Shown piece after piece: positions 31,060 through 40,135 of a DNA stretch of 64,000 nucleotides (the first letter of the stretch is position 1; every line of letters starts with the position of its first letter). Source of the DNA: Klebsiella phage KP182; the sequence record OM337876.1. One strand, given 5' to 3'. The position numbers were made by a program, and so were the translations under genes. The notes below the pieces were generated by a model. That model did not search any database, was not told the origin of the DNA, and saw nothing but the letters and a program-made list of their open reading frames with translations.

Positions 31060-31428
31060 TTACTGTTTAGTCCAATTATCCATGTTTAATTTACCTACCT
31101 TTTTCATTTGCTCAATTAAAGCATCGGCACGATTACGACCATTTTCATACCAAGTTACATCTTCTGAGTAACCGTCTTCTTCATCTTCATAAGTTTCAGA
31201 ACGAATACGACCAACAACCGGAGTGTTAAGAACATATACTGAACCTGTGAACCAGTTTGTTAAAGTGATATGCCAGCAGAAATCATCTGACGGTCCGTCC
31301 GGTGTCATGCATGGAACGATATCACCTTGAACTTTAGACAAAATCCACATTTTCTCATGGACAGTCTGAGCTTTGTAACCGTCATGGTCTTTAGTCTTGA
31401 TAGTTGCGTTCAGGTTGATGGTATTCAT
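31060..31428 (-). CDS. Hypothetical protein
   Basis: 122-aa ORF. An early-type promoter lies upstream. Confidence 0.55.
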   Translation of the reverse strand: MNTINLNATIKTKDHDGYKAQTVHEKMWILSKVQGDIVPCMTPDGPSDDFCWHITLTNWFTGSVYVLNTPVVGRIRSETYEDEEDGYSEDVTWYENGRNRADALIEQMKKVGKLNMDNWTKQ

Positions 31429-31454
31429 TTTATTCTCCGTTGTCCGTTTGGGTG

Positions 31455-31484
31455 GTACAGGTCTATAGTAACCTTGTTGAGCCT
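31455..31484 (-). promoter_or_regulatory. T4 early-type promoter
   Basis: On the minus strand: GTTTAC, 17 nt, then TACTAT. Confidence 0.5.
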
Positions 31485-31523
31485 AGAAGTAAACAACTTT
31501 TTTCATTCTGCGGAAAATAAAAA

Positions 31524-31548
31524 AGGGACTCCCGAAGGAGTCCCTGAA
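31524..31548 (-). terminator. Strong rho-independent terminator
   Basis: On the minus strand: GGGACTCC-TTCG-GGAGTCCC, then TTTTTTATTTT. Confidence 0.8.
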
Positions 31549-31549
31549 C

Positions 31550-31726
31550 TTATGCTTTCGGCTTACCAAAACGAGAAGCATCATCGCGAAGAACCGCACG
31601 AGCTCGACGCATGATTTTCTCAACCGTCTGATTGATACGCTTGTTCGACCCACGCTTGTAGCCAGCGCGTTTAGAGGTACCAACAACTTCTTTTACTGCA
31701 GTTTTTGCTTTAGCCTGTTTAGCCAT
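31550..31726 (-). CDS. Small, highly basic protein, 58 aa
   Basis: MAKQAKAKTAVKEVVGTSKRAGYKRGSNKRINQTVEKIMRRARAVLRDDASRFGKPKA. Start taken at the internal ATG, which has a weak GGAAG RBS. A terminator follows immediately. Confidence 0.4.
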   Translation of the reverse strand: MAKQAKAKTAVKEVVGTSKRAGYKRGSNKRINQTVEKIMRRARAVLRDDASRFGKPKA

Positions 31727-32094
31727 TTTATCATCTTCCATTTTGGAGAAATACATGGGAGCACGTTCTTCCGAGGTTCAACTTCTTTCGACAGTTCTTT
31801 CGGTTGTAGCTCCCGCAAGCCCTCAAGGGGTACGTTTAAACTCTTATCTGTTGCACACCGTTAGCTTAAAGGTTCCGGGTCCGATTTATCGGGGATAAGA
31901 TATACACCGATGGATGTATAGGCCTTGAGGCGTACTCCCGATTGGCCATCGCCTCGGGGTAGCATGCACTTGCCGTTTATTTTCTAGCTGCACTTTGGTA
32001 GCAAATCACCGTTGGTTTCGGATGTTTTACGTGGGGATAACCAACAACGTCCACATCATACGTTACCCATGCGTACACATGGTGGGCGTACAAA

Positions 32095-32343
32095 TTACTT
32101 CAGCGTTACCACAAAGTGGCGAACAGCTTTGCGAGCAGCAGAACCAAGATGCTTAGCATACTTCAGTTCGTCCATCGCTTCTAAAGTATCACGAAATTCA
32201 GCTTGTGCTGGGTTCAGGTGTTTAAACCCTTTCAGAACTTCCAGTGCTTCTGCATAGATATCGATTGAAGCACCGTAGTTTTCGTGACCGGAATTCCATG
32301 CATTACGTTGGAGTTCCAGAGCTTTAGTAAGTTGTTTGTTCAT
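32095..32343 (-). CDS. rIII: RIII-like lysis-inhibition accessory protein, 82 aa
   Basis: Internal ATG with a GAGGAA RBS. Size and position (just downstream of gene 31 on the same strand) match T4 rIII. Helical ALELQRNAWNSGHENYGASIDIYAEAL. Confidence 0.5.
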   Translation of the reverse strand: MNKQLTKALELQRNAWNSGHENYGASIDIYAEALEVLKGFKHLNPAQAEFRDTLEAMDELKYAKHLGSAARKAVRHFVVTLK

Positions 32344-32458
32344 TGAATCGTTCCTCAAATGAGGTTAAAATTTGGTGGACGGTAACCGAGGTTTAGCTCG
32401 GGCATCCACCGCATAGAATTGCTCGGGTAACTAATTGTCCGACGCCCAATTCATATTA

Positions 32459-32782
32459 TTATTTATATACGCATGCAAGGGACTTATAATGACAAGTCAC
32501 AAACTTCTGCCGAATTTCTTTGGGTTTCTTCACACCTGCTGCTACTAACGGATGAGGTACGTTTCTGATATTACCAACAGGCAGTGGAGTCAAATCACCG
32601 ACTTCAACAAATCCTTTCGGTACATCATCACCGATAGAATAGATTTCACACATATCCGGCAGTTGTCCTTGTTCTTCTTTACCAAGAATAATACCGGAAG
32701 GAGAAACAATTTCATCACCTTGTTGTGCAGGTTCAGATACGAGAATTACATACTCGCCTAGAGCTTTAATTGGAAGTTCCAT
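32459..32782 (-). CDS. 31: Co-chaperonin gp31 (GroES analogue)
   Basis: 107 aa. [14 protein letters not shown]...[32 protein letters not shown] matches T4 gp31 as I recall it. Confidence 0.9.
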   Translation of the reverse strand: MELPIKALGEYVILVSEPAQQGDEIVSPSGIILGKEEQGQLPDMCEIYSIGDDVPKGFVEVGDLTPLPVGNIRNVPHPLVAAGVKKPKEIRQKFVTCHYKSLACVYK

Positions 32783-32812
32783 GTGTTACCTTTATTGTTT
32801 GACCATGTAGTT

Positions 32813-32839
32813 ATATTAACATGGTCAGTTTAAAGCAAA
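32813..32839 (-). promoter_or_regulatory. MotA-dependent middle promoter for gene 31
   Basis: On the minus strand, MotA box TTTGCTTTA, 12 nt, then TAATAT. Confidence 0.45.
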
Positions 32840-33148
32840 TTACTTACCGATCATCTGCAGCAGATGCTCAACTTTCATACCATTTACCGAGATCAGTTTA
32901 TCAAAGGCAAATGAGCGCCAACCTTCTTTCTCGGTATCATATACCGGAAGTGAAGTAGTGCTTTCTGCTCGGGCAGATTTAGTAGTACTTTCTACCAAAT
33001 CAGATGGAATAATGTCTTTATCACGAGTACAGCGCAGAGTACGAATAGTGCCATCAGCTTTTTCAAACACAATCTGGGATTCACCCATACTCAGCACAGC
33101 TTTAAGTGTTTCACGGATATGGATGTTTTGTTCAGTAGTCAGTTTCAT
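32840..33148 (-). CDS. Hypothetical protein (31.1-like position)
   Basis: 102-aa ORF between cd and 31. Confidence 0.5.
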   Translation of the reverse strand: MKLTTEQNIHIRETLKAVLSMGESQIVFEKADGTIRTLRCTRDKDIIPSDLVESTTKSARAESTTSLPVYDTEKEGWRSFAFDKLISVNGMKVEHLLQMIGK

Positions 33149-33157
33149 AGTTTTCTC

Positions 33158-33727
33158 TTATTCAATTCCACAGAATTCTTTAATGTTATACCAATTCAAC
33201 TTATCCAAATTACGTTTTGGAACATTGAACACCTCGATTCCAGCAGAACGAAGAATATCGTCCCAACCGGGTTCGTTCTTGTCGTATGTTTCACAGTATA
33301 CTAATTTTTTAATACCAGACTGAGCGATGGCTTTTGCACAATCTGGACATGGAGACAGTGTGACATACATTGTTGCTCCATCAATACTACTGCCGTTCCG
33401 GGCAGCAAAAAGAATAGCATTAAGCTCAGCATGGATTTCATTGACTTTAGACCATGCAGAGTGGGCTGCTCGATGTTCTTTGAGCAATCCGACTTTTTTG
33501 ACTTGGAATCCGTCTTGACGCAATCCCGTAGATTTGTAAGGAATTTCACCAATCCAACCTTGTTCTGCTGCATGGTCACAACAGTTCACACCACCAGAAG
33601 GTGAACCGTTATAGCCAGTAGAAATAATTCGTCCGTTCTTTTCAATTACTGCGCCGACTTTCCACGAGCAGCATTTTGACTCTTGAGATACGAGATACGC
33701 AATTTGTAGTACCGTCGACGCTTTCAT
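33158..33727 (-). CDS. cd: dCMP deaminase
   Basis: 189 aa against 193 aa in T4. CMP/dCMP deaminase zinc motifs (HAE..., PCxxC). Same position as T4 cd. Confidence 0.88.
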   Translation of the reverse strand: MKASTVLQIAYLVSQESKCCSWKVGAVIEKNGRIISTGYNGSPSGGVNCCDHAAEQGWIGEIPYKSTGLRQDGFQVKKVGLLKEHRAAHSAWSKVNEIHAELNAILFAARNGSSIDGATMYVTLSPCPDCAKAIAQSGIKKLVYCETYDKNEPGWDDILRSAGIEVFNVPKRNLDKLNWYNIKEFCGIE

Positions 33728-34072
33728 TTAAATCACCAGATAAGTTGTGTTATTTGTTTTAACCAATTTTAACTCGTCAGTAGGAGAAGCAAAACTCTCT
33801 ACTCGAGAAGTACGAATGCCTGTACCATCTGGAAACGGATGATTTCCTCGTTCAAGAACATCGGAAAAGACATAACCATAAAGAGGTTGGCCTTCCTTAA
33901 CATCAACGTTACTGTACAAAATAGCATCATATTCTTCGCGTGGAATTGACCAAACACCTTGGTCAGAACCAATAACAGCACTGATCAGCCGAATACCATT
34001 TGGGCTGATTTCTGCTTTAATGCCACGAGCATGTTCAATTAAAAGAGCTTCTACCGCTTCACGTAAAGTCAT
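33728..34072 (-). CDS. Hypothetical protein (cd.x)
   Basis: 114-aa ORF. Its stop abuts the cd start. Confidence 0.5.
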   Translation of the reverse strand: MTLREAVEALLIEHARGIKAEISPNGIRLISAVIGSDQGVWSIPREEYDAILYSNVDVKEGQPLYGYVFSDVLERGNHPFPDGTGIRTSRVESFASPTDELKLVKTNNTTYLVI

Positions 34073-34308
34073 TAGATATGTCCTAAAATGTTAGTCATTT
34101 CAACTTGGCCTGTTCCAGTTAAAGCCAATTGAGTATGTTGATTGCTCTTTCCATTATTAACTGTAATGATATAAGCATCGACATAGTTAAAGGGTGACTC
34201 TCGTCGGAGAGTCACTTTACTTCCAGGAACCCGGTTTGCTACTTCCTGTGCGAAGATTTTAACCTTCGAAATAAATTCATCATGCGAAAATTTAGCGTCA
34301 GACAACAT
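34072..34308 (-). CDS. Hypothetical protein (cd.x). Start uncertain: ATG at 34308 or at 34458.
   Basis: The 128-aa track ORF overlaps the 94-aa ORF in another frame. The internal ATG at 34308 has an AGGT-type SD. Confidence 0.35.
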   Translation of the reverse strand: MLSDAKFSHDEFISKVKIFAQEVANRVPGSKVTLRRESPFNYVDAYIITVNNGKSNQHTQLALTGTGQVEMTNILGHI

Positions 34309-34582
34309 AAGTCTCAACCTGTTGGGTTTCAAAATTAGCAATAATTCCAACGATAAACCAGTCATGTTCACCTTCGCCGCATGAAATTTTAATTTCAGAC
34401 GAACCGCCTGACCGGTCAATTGAAAATTTAACAACTTCGCCATTTGGAATAAGCGCATTCATTGCAGATAAAAACTCTGCGTGCATTTTGGCTACTTCAG
34501 CCGGAGTAAACTCATCTGTTAAATGATTAGCAACAACTTGCGTAAATGATACTTTTACTACTTCAGAATACTTTGGAAACAT
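34298..34582 (-). CDS. Hypothetical protein (cd.x)
   Basis: 94-aa ORF with a GAGGAA RBS. Confidence 0.5.
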   Translation of the reverse strand: MFPKYSEVVKVSFTQVVANHLTDEFTPAEVAKMHAEFLSAMNALIPNGEVVKFSIDRSGGSSEIKISCGEGEHDWFIVGIIANFETQQVETYVV

Positions 34583-34593
34583 TATACTTTCCT

Positions 34594-35487
34594 CTAAAAA
34601 TCACCGTGGGCTACTTGCCAGCATTCAACACCGATACGACGCCACATTTCAACTACCTGCGCCCTGTCATCTACTGCAAGTTTTACATTATAACGATCAG
34701 CAATTCGGTCCCAGAAGATTTCTTCTTTTACCACATCGTCTTTGCGTGAATCGCCTTGCTTACGTTGGAAGTGTTCGCCTGTTTCGCCAACATGGTCCAA
34801 CAACCATTTCTTCGTAATACGCTGATAAACAGTAGGGTCTTCTTTAGTTCCAGACTCTCTACCAGAAACAGTAAGAATTTTATATCCTTTGTTACGAAGC
34901 ATTTTAAGAAATTCAATTACCATTTCCTTTGGATGGTCTTTACCACATTTGGCCAAGTCATAAGGAGAACGATGATTATTATCTGCTAACGTGCCGTCAA
35001 GGTCAAAGATAACTGCTTTTGGCAATGATTCGTCTGGAATGTACAAATCATATGGGTGCATCTTAGAATAGAAGCTACGAAGCACTTCAATAGGAACTGC
35101 ATTCGCGCCACGATAGAGGTTACGATTAAGCAATTCAGTCCAAGGAACGTCAAAGCGTTTAATTTCCCACTTGACGCCATCAATTTCGTATGCCAGCTCT
35201 TGCCACTTCTTGATAGTTGTTGGATTAAGGTTAGTATCAGCAATGATGACACCTTTAGTGGTTTCCATCTCAAGCAGAGTCTTCGCCATAGAAAACTGGC
35301 ATACAGATACAGACTTCTCACGAAGCTTAGAATATTTGTAATCATTACGTTTATCAAGGCCAAAGATGCCTTCACGCAAATCATCACGAGACAAAACATA
35401 CCAACCTGGATTAGCTGCTACATATTCGTTAGCCCAGGTTGTTTTACCAGAGCCTGGAGCCCCTTGTGTCAAAACCAATTTTTTCAT
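34594..35487 (-). CDS. pseT: Polynucleotide 5'-kinase / 3'-phosphatase PseT
   Basis: 297 aa against 301 aa in T4. Kinase P-loop GAPGSGKTTWA. C-terminal HAD phosphatase motif DLDGTLA and the C-terminal ...MWRRIGVECWQVA motif, as in T4 PseT. Confidence 0.95.
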   Translation of the reverse strand: MKKLVLTQGAPGSGKTTWANEYVAANPGWYVLSRDDLREGIFGLDKRNDYKYSKLREKSVSVCQFSMAKTLLEMETTKGVIIADTNLNPTTIKKWQELAYEIDGVKWEIKRFDVPWTELLNRNLYRGANAVPIEVLRSFYSKMHPYDLYIPDESLPKAVIFDLDGTLADNNHRSPYDLAKCGKDHPKEMVIEFLKMLRNKGYKILTVSGRESGTKEDPTVYQRITKKWLLDHVGETGEHFQRKQGDSRKDDVVKEEIFWDRIADRYNVKLAVDDRAQVVEMWRRIGVECWQVAHGDF

Positions 35488-35699
35488 TATACATCCTTAA
35501 GAGTGTCAATAAAATCATGAAGAGCCTTAGACTTTTCACCCCAATTTGCACGATATTTTTCTTTAATTGCTCGCAATGGCTTATTCATTGACAGTATATC
35601 ATTTTTGTCATAATTTTCAGCTGCGCGTCCAAACACGATGCACGCCAATTCATTTTCAGCAATTAATCCTTTAAGTGTTTCATACTGTTCTTGATTCAC
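35487..35699 (-). CDS. Hypothetical protein (pseT.1-like)
   Basis: 70-aa ORF with an ATGA overlap. Confidence 0.45.
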   Translation of the reverse strand: MNQEQYETLKGLIAENELACIVFGRAAENYDKNDILSMNKPLRAIKEKYRANWGEKSKALHDFIDTLKDV

Positions 35700-36184
35700 T
35701 ACATCACCATTTTAGAAAGATTGCGATGCGCCAATGAGCGACGCTTTCCATGTTTCTTCAAAAAATTGTTAACTTCATCTTGCTCTACACCGCCACTTTC
35801 TACAAATTGGAGTGCCTTACCAAATTCAATTGAGGCATCTTCCAATTCAGAAATTGCTTCCTTCAATGATTCTTTACGCTGAACAAACTTCAGGAAATCA
35901 GGATACATGAATTCTACCATGAATAGTTTAAACCACACATCAAAAGAAATTCGTGTTTGGTCATTAAGCTCAAACAATCTTTCTTTTAAAGCGCCAGGTA
36001 CACTAACACGGACTGTATAAACATATCCATTAGAAATATTTTCTGGTATAACAGTAGCTTTCTTATCAAGAGGAGTTAACTGACACGACCCAACAGCTAG
36101 CATATTTCTGAGCTGTGTATTTTTAATCGATAAAAGATGCGATGCGTCTTTTACAAAGTAAGAATAAAAATGTGACGGTTCCAT
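35699..36184 (-). CDS. Hypothetical protein
   Basis: 161-aa ORF. Confidence 0.5.
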   Translation of the reverse strand: MEPSHFYSYFVKDASHLLSIKNTQLRNMLAVGSCQLTPLDKKATVIPENISNGYVYTVRVSVPGALKERLFELNDQTRISFDVWFKLFMVEFMYPDFLKFVQRKESLKEAISELEDASIEFGKALQFVESGGVEQDEVNNFLKKHGKRRSLAHRNLSKMVM

Positions 36185-36206
36185 AATATTTTCCTCTTGT
36201 TTAGTT

Positions 36207-36494
36207 TTACTTGATGCAACGTGGTTCTTTAAGTTCAGAACGATAATAACATATCATTCCATTAGCATCTTTAGTATATCGTAAAATGTCATTCATCCAG
36301 ATACGATATTCTTGCGACTCTTCAAACGGCATACCAACCCAGGCTTTACCGTCAATTACTTTTACTTCCCAGTGTCCTTCCCATTTTTGAATTGGGTCTG
36401 GCCACTCAGGATGTAAAACCGGGACATCTGGTGCACTAGAAGAGCATCCAGCAAGTAAGCTGATAATACCCATGGCTAATAGACTTCGTTTCAT
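36207..36494 (-). CDS. pseT.2: o-spanin (outer-membrane lipoprotein, PseT.2/Rz1 equivalent)
   Basis: 95 aa. Signal peptide with lipobox LLAGC. Overlaps the i-spanin gene by 4 nt. Confidence 0.75.
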   Translation of the reverse strand: MKRSLLAMGIISLLAGCSSSAPDVPVLHPEWPDPIQKWEGHWEVKVIDGKAWVGMPFEESQEYRIWMNDILRYTKDANGMICYYRSELKEPRCIK

Positions 36495-36844
36495 CTGGTA
36501 GCCTCCTGGATATCTTCTGCAAACTTATTGAAGCTTGCATTAATCTGTTTTTCAACTAATCCAGGTTTGGCTGCAACTACGTTTCCACGCTTAGAATCTT
36601 TATTCATCTTAGCGTTAGAAGTATCACGAGCTGCTCGGTTTTCCTGATAGCCTTTATATGTTGTCTGCAGATTTTTTATAGAAACACCGATATTTTCTAT
36701 TTCTTTTGCTTGTCGATCAGATTCATCTTGGACGACTTTGAGGTCAGCTTTAAGATTTTCTACCCGCCAGGAAAGATATTTCAATCCTCCTGCGGATAAT
36801 GCTAACACCCCAATCAATAACCAAGTTGTGTTTATTTTGAGCAT
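36491..36844 (-). CDS. pseT.3: i-spanin (PseT.3/Rz equivalent)
   Basis: 117 aa, the same length as T4 PseT.3. N-terminal transmembrane helix, then a coiled-coil periplasmic domain. Confidence 0.75.
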   Translation of the reverse strand: MLKINTTWLLIGVLALSAGGLKYLSWRVENLKADLKVVQDESDRQAKEIENIGVSIKNLQTTYKGYQENRAARDTSNAKMNKDSKRGNVVAAKPGLVEKQINASFNKFAEDIQEATR

Positions 36845-37341
36845 AGTTTAAGGATAACCTCTACGATATCATCACGGGATAATCCCGAAATGAGGATGTG
36901 ACGATCAGAACTTTCTGAAGGAGAACACTTGAAGCAAGCTTCTACATATTCTGCCATCTCAGAATAATTAAGCTCGCGATGCATAATGCCAAGACGATGC
37001 TTGCCATAAATCGGGTCAACGATTACATAGCATTTGCATCCGTTAGCATGAACGTTTGGCTGGGTGATGTTCTTGAACACCTCTGCACCATACTTCGCGA
37101 GATGATTATCTAGGAAATCAATCATTTCATCTACGGCTTCAGGAAGGGCTTCGGCACGCTGCTCGTTCACACGATTAGTGTACTCTTTTTGCTTCTTACG
37201 AGCAGCTTCCTTGCGCGCCATGTGCGTCCGTAGGTCAGTGACGAACCCCACCTTCTTGGTGCCATTCCACACAAAAATCCCATCAGAATGAGTACCATAT
37301 TTGTTAACAACCATATCTAAAGTAATTGCTTGCATGTCCAT
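36832..37341 (-). CDS. alc: Alc, inhibitor of host transcription on C-containing DNA
   Basis: 169 aa against 167 aa in T4. Sits between the spanins and rnlA. N-terminus MDMQAITLDMVVNKYGT..WNGTK. Confidence 0.75.
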   Translation of the reverse strand: MDMQAITLDMVVNKYGTHSDGIFVWNGTKKVGFVTDLRTHMARKEAARKKQKEYTNRVNEQRAEALPEAVDEMIDFLDNHLAKYGAEVFKNITQPNVHANGCKCYVIVDPIYGKHRLGIMHRELNYSEMAEYVEACFKCSPSESSDRHILISGLSRDDIVEVILKLCSK

Positions 37342-37351
37342 TTCAATATCC

Positions 37352-37401
37352 TCATCAGTTGATATAAGTCTATAGTATCACACTCTGATGAGGATGTAAA
37401 C
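37352..37401 (-). promoter_or_regulatory. Early-type promoter (GTTTAC-N17-ATACTAT) partly inside a 9-bp inverted repeat
   Basis: cctcatcag ... ctgatgagg flank the TATAGTATCAC box. The GTTTAC -35 lies upstream. Confidence 0.45.
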
Positions 37402-37403
37402 AA

Positions 37404-38555
37404 CTATTCTTCAGAAATTTCAATTTCCTTTTCGTACTCTTTTGGAACATATCCTGCCCAGTACTTCAAGAACACCCTTTCGAGGTCTTTAAGCAGTTTA
37501 TCTACATCTACAGTTCCTTCGTACATGTTCATGATAACACCAAAAAGATGGCGCTGATTAACCGTTGCTTTCTGAGCAGCAATAGCGTAGTCTTTACGAG
37601 CACGACCTCTGTATTCATCATAGAATGACTGACACAGCTCAAGTGACTTTCCGAGGTAATCTAGATAAGCTTGCTCAAACGCAGAAATTTTATTAATTGC
37701 GTATTCGTCTCCAGCAAAAAGAGAACGCAAGTCATCGGAATTTGCAGATACGACAGACGCAAACAGTCTTTCATTTGACGTTATTGAGTCTTTAGTGTGA
37801 TGAAGAGCAGAATACCATTCGGTTTTAACCTTAAATCTCTGCCCAGTGTTTAGAACTGCAATGTACCCTTCTACGCCTTCAAGTTCACGAACACCTTCAA
37901 CCCAAGTAGTGGGGTCAGAAATTCCGTAAGCATTAATTAAATAAGGACGAATCTTAGCATTAGCGTACAAATCATCATATTTAATATACTCGCCAGTTGC
38001 GTTATTACGGACGTTTAACACAAACAGCTGTGGCTCCTGATACGCTAAAACAACGCGATTATTAGGTGAAACAAATTCCATGTTTACCGTATAACCATCT
38101 AGCGCTAGCTCAAGAATAACCTGATGAAGCGAAGAATATTCTTCACTGTTAAGCAAAGCTGAAGCTTGTCTTGCCTGGTCACTGTAGAGCGATGTTTTTG
38201 ACTTAAGGTATAGATACCCATCATCGACATAAGATGATACTAGAGAGCCATCAGCCTTATCCATAATGTATTCTACATCGCTAATATCAATTCCCATCGT
38301 TAATGGGTTTTCATTCAAATTAAAGAACTTTTCCATCGGCCGCGAAGCAATTCGAATTGGGGCATCGCCATCCATCTCAAACATGATACCGCGGCATTCG
38401 AGAGCATCGGGTTTTAACCACTCGCTGTAGCTTGCATAGTGATATGAAAACACTCTGAACTTACCATCCATAGGACCGGTAAAATCTTTATAAAAGAATT
38501 TTGCAACTTCTGAGCTTTCACATAGATTCATTAAATTTTTATATAGCTCTAACAT
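37404..38555 (-). CDS. rnlA: RNA ligase 1
   Basis: 383 aa against 374 aa in T4. PDALECRGIMFEMDG..P.RIASRPMEKFFNLNENP is almost identical to T4 Rnl1 as I recall it. Confidence 0.93.
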   Translation of the reverse strand: MLELYKNLMNLCESSEVAKFFYKDFTGPMDGKFRVFSYHYASYSEWLKPDALECRGIMFEMDGDAPIRIASRPMEKFFNLNENPLTMGIDISDVEYIMDKADGSLVSSYVDDGYLYLKSKTSLYSDQARQASALLNSEEYSSLHQVILELALDGYTVNMEFVSPNNRVVLAYQEPQLFVLNVRNNATGEYIKYDDLYANAKIRPYLINAYGISDPTTWVEGVRELEGVEGYIAVLNTGQRFKVKTEWYSALHHTKDSITSNERLFASVVSANSDDLRSLFAGDEYAINKISAFEQAYLDYLGKSLELCQSFYDEYRGRARKDYAIAAQKATVNQRHLFGVIMNMYEGTVDVDKLLKDLERVFLKYWAGYVPKEYEKEIEISEE

Positions 38556-38965
38556 TTCTTTACCTTATGTTGTGTGTTCCATGGAGGATTGAACTTCTTA
38601 ATCAGAAGTGGTTCTTCCAAGTCCATAGTGGATATTGACATCTCGCCAAGTTCATTATTAATCAAAAGATTAAAACACTGACGAGCATAGAACTCTACTT
38701 TTTTGCCAGCCATTAGTGCTTCAAAAATCTTGGCAGATTTAGCTGAATCAGAGGTTTGGTCTTTCCGATTAATAGCAGTTCTATAATAATTTATACGTTT
38801 ACGAAGATTTTTAGTCTTACCAATGTAAACTAGTTCATCATCAACTGCGATGGCATAAACTACATTCAACTTGTTTGCTATCAGAATTGGTTTGATGGTA
38901 AAATCTGGTTCTAACTCAAGTTGAACATATTTTATAAAAGAAAACTCGTTAGCAATATCATTCAT
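38549..38965 (-). CDS. denA: Endonuclease II (DenA)
   Basis: 138 aa. YAIA..DELVYIGKTKNLRKRINYYRTAINRKD is a GIY-YIG-like core shared with T4 EndoII as I recall it. Confidence 0.9.
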   Translation of the reverse strand: MNDIANEFSFIKYVQLELEPDFTIKPILIANKLNVVYAIAVDDELVYIGKTKNLRKRINYYRTAINRKDQTSDSAKSAKIFEALMAGKKVEFYARQCFNLLINNELGEMSISTMDLEEPLLIKKFNPPWNTQHKVKKC

Positions 38966-38969
38966 AATA

Positions 38970-38990
38970 AAGAGGGGCCGAAGCCCCTTT
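38970..38990. terminator. Hairpin between nrdB and denA
   Basis: aggggcc-gaa-gcccct. Confidence 0.6.
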
Positions 38991-38992
38991 CC

Positions 38993-40135
38993 TTATAAGT
39001 ACTTTTTAAATCCAATTAGAACATCATCAGTGACATCATTGTCAATCTGAGCTACCAGATAAGAACTTATCTCAACTTCCTGAGGAGCAGATTGGACTGC
39101 GTCAGAGTTAAGATATTCACGAATCCAAGGAATAGGATGTCGAGTTGGTGCATCAGTAATCGGACAAGGAAGACCACAACTACGCATACGAGATACAGTC
39201 AGATAGTCAATGAAGTCATGAAGAATTTTAACGTTCAGTCCCGGAAGACCACCGTTGCGGAAAAGATGGATAGCCCAATCTTTTTCTTGGCGGTTAACTT
39301 CCATGAAGATTTTAATTGCTTCTTGTTCACACTCTTTAGCAATCTCAACCCATTCTTCGCCATCAGTGCCAGTTTGAAGTTGACGCAGAATGTACTGTGT
39401 GCCCTTCAAATGAAGTTGTTCATCACGAGCAATGAACTTCATGATTTTAGCATTACCTTCCATGATTTCCATATTTTTATGGAAGTTGAAGGTACATGCA
39501 AAACTAACATAGAAACGAATAGCTTCTAATGCGTTAATAACATGTAAGCAAAGATAAAGAGATTTCATTAAATCACGTTTAGCTTCTTTAATTTCGATAT
39601 TATCTTGATTAAAGCAGCGATTTTTGGCATTTTCCCATGCGCGAGTCTTCGCTATAACATCATCATAGTAAACACCAATTGACTCAGCGCGTTTCATGAT
39701 TGCTTCGTCAAGAACGATTTCATCAAAGATTTTAGCTGGGTCTACATATAGGTTACGCATGATATGCGTGTACGAACGGCTGTGAATAGTTTCACTGAAC
39801 GTCCAAGTCTGGTTCCAAGTATCTAGGCTTGGGTCAGAAATAAGTGCAGATAAAACTGCTGCTGGAGCTCGTCCTTGAATTGAATCAAGAAGAGATTGGT
39901 ACTTCAAGTTATCAGTGAAGATATTACGCTGATGTTCTGGGAGTTTTTCAAACTGACCACGGTCCATCATAACGTTAACTTCTTCAGGACGCCAGAAGAA
40001 ACTCAACTGCTTCTCAATGAGTTCCTCGAATACTTTATGACGCTGAATATCATAACGCGCAATTCCTAGACCAGAACCAAAGAACATCGGTTCGGTCATG
40101 ATATCTACTTGCTTGGTATTAAAAACTGTACTCAT
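38993..40135 (-). CDS. nrdB: Ribonucleotide reductase small subunit, intron-less
   Basis: 380 aa. Class Ia R2 with iron ligands and the tyrosyl radical site. Continuous ORF, unlike T4 nrdB, which carries an intron with I-TevIII. Confidence 0.93.
   Translation of the reverse strand: MSTVFNTKQVDIMTEPMFFGSGLGIARYDIQRHKVFEELIEKQLSFFWRPEEVNVMMDRGQFEKLPEHQRNIFTDNLKYQSLLDSIQGRAPAAVLSALISDPSLDTWNQTWTFSETIHSRSYTHIMRNLYVDPAKIFDEIVLDEAIMKRAESIGVYYDDVIAKTRAWENAKNRCFNQDNIEIKEAKRDLMKSLYLCLHVINALEAIRFYVSFACTFNFHKNMEIMEGNAKIMKFIARDEQLHLKGTQYILRQLQTGTDGEEWVEIAKECEQEAIKIFMEVNRQEKDWAIHLFRNGGLPGLNVKILHDFIDYLTVSRMRSCGLPCPITDAPTRHPIPWIREYLNSDAVQSAPQEVEISSYLVAQIDNDVTDDVLIGFKKYL

Noticed and set aside
31781-31800. 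GGTTCAA-containing segment resembling a tRNA T-loop
   Set aside because: The flanking bases do not form a T-stem and no acceptor or anticodon arms can be drawn. No tRNA is called.
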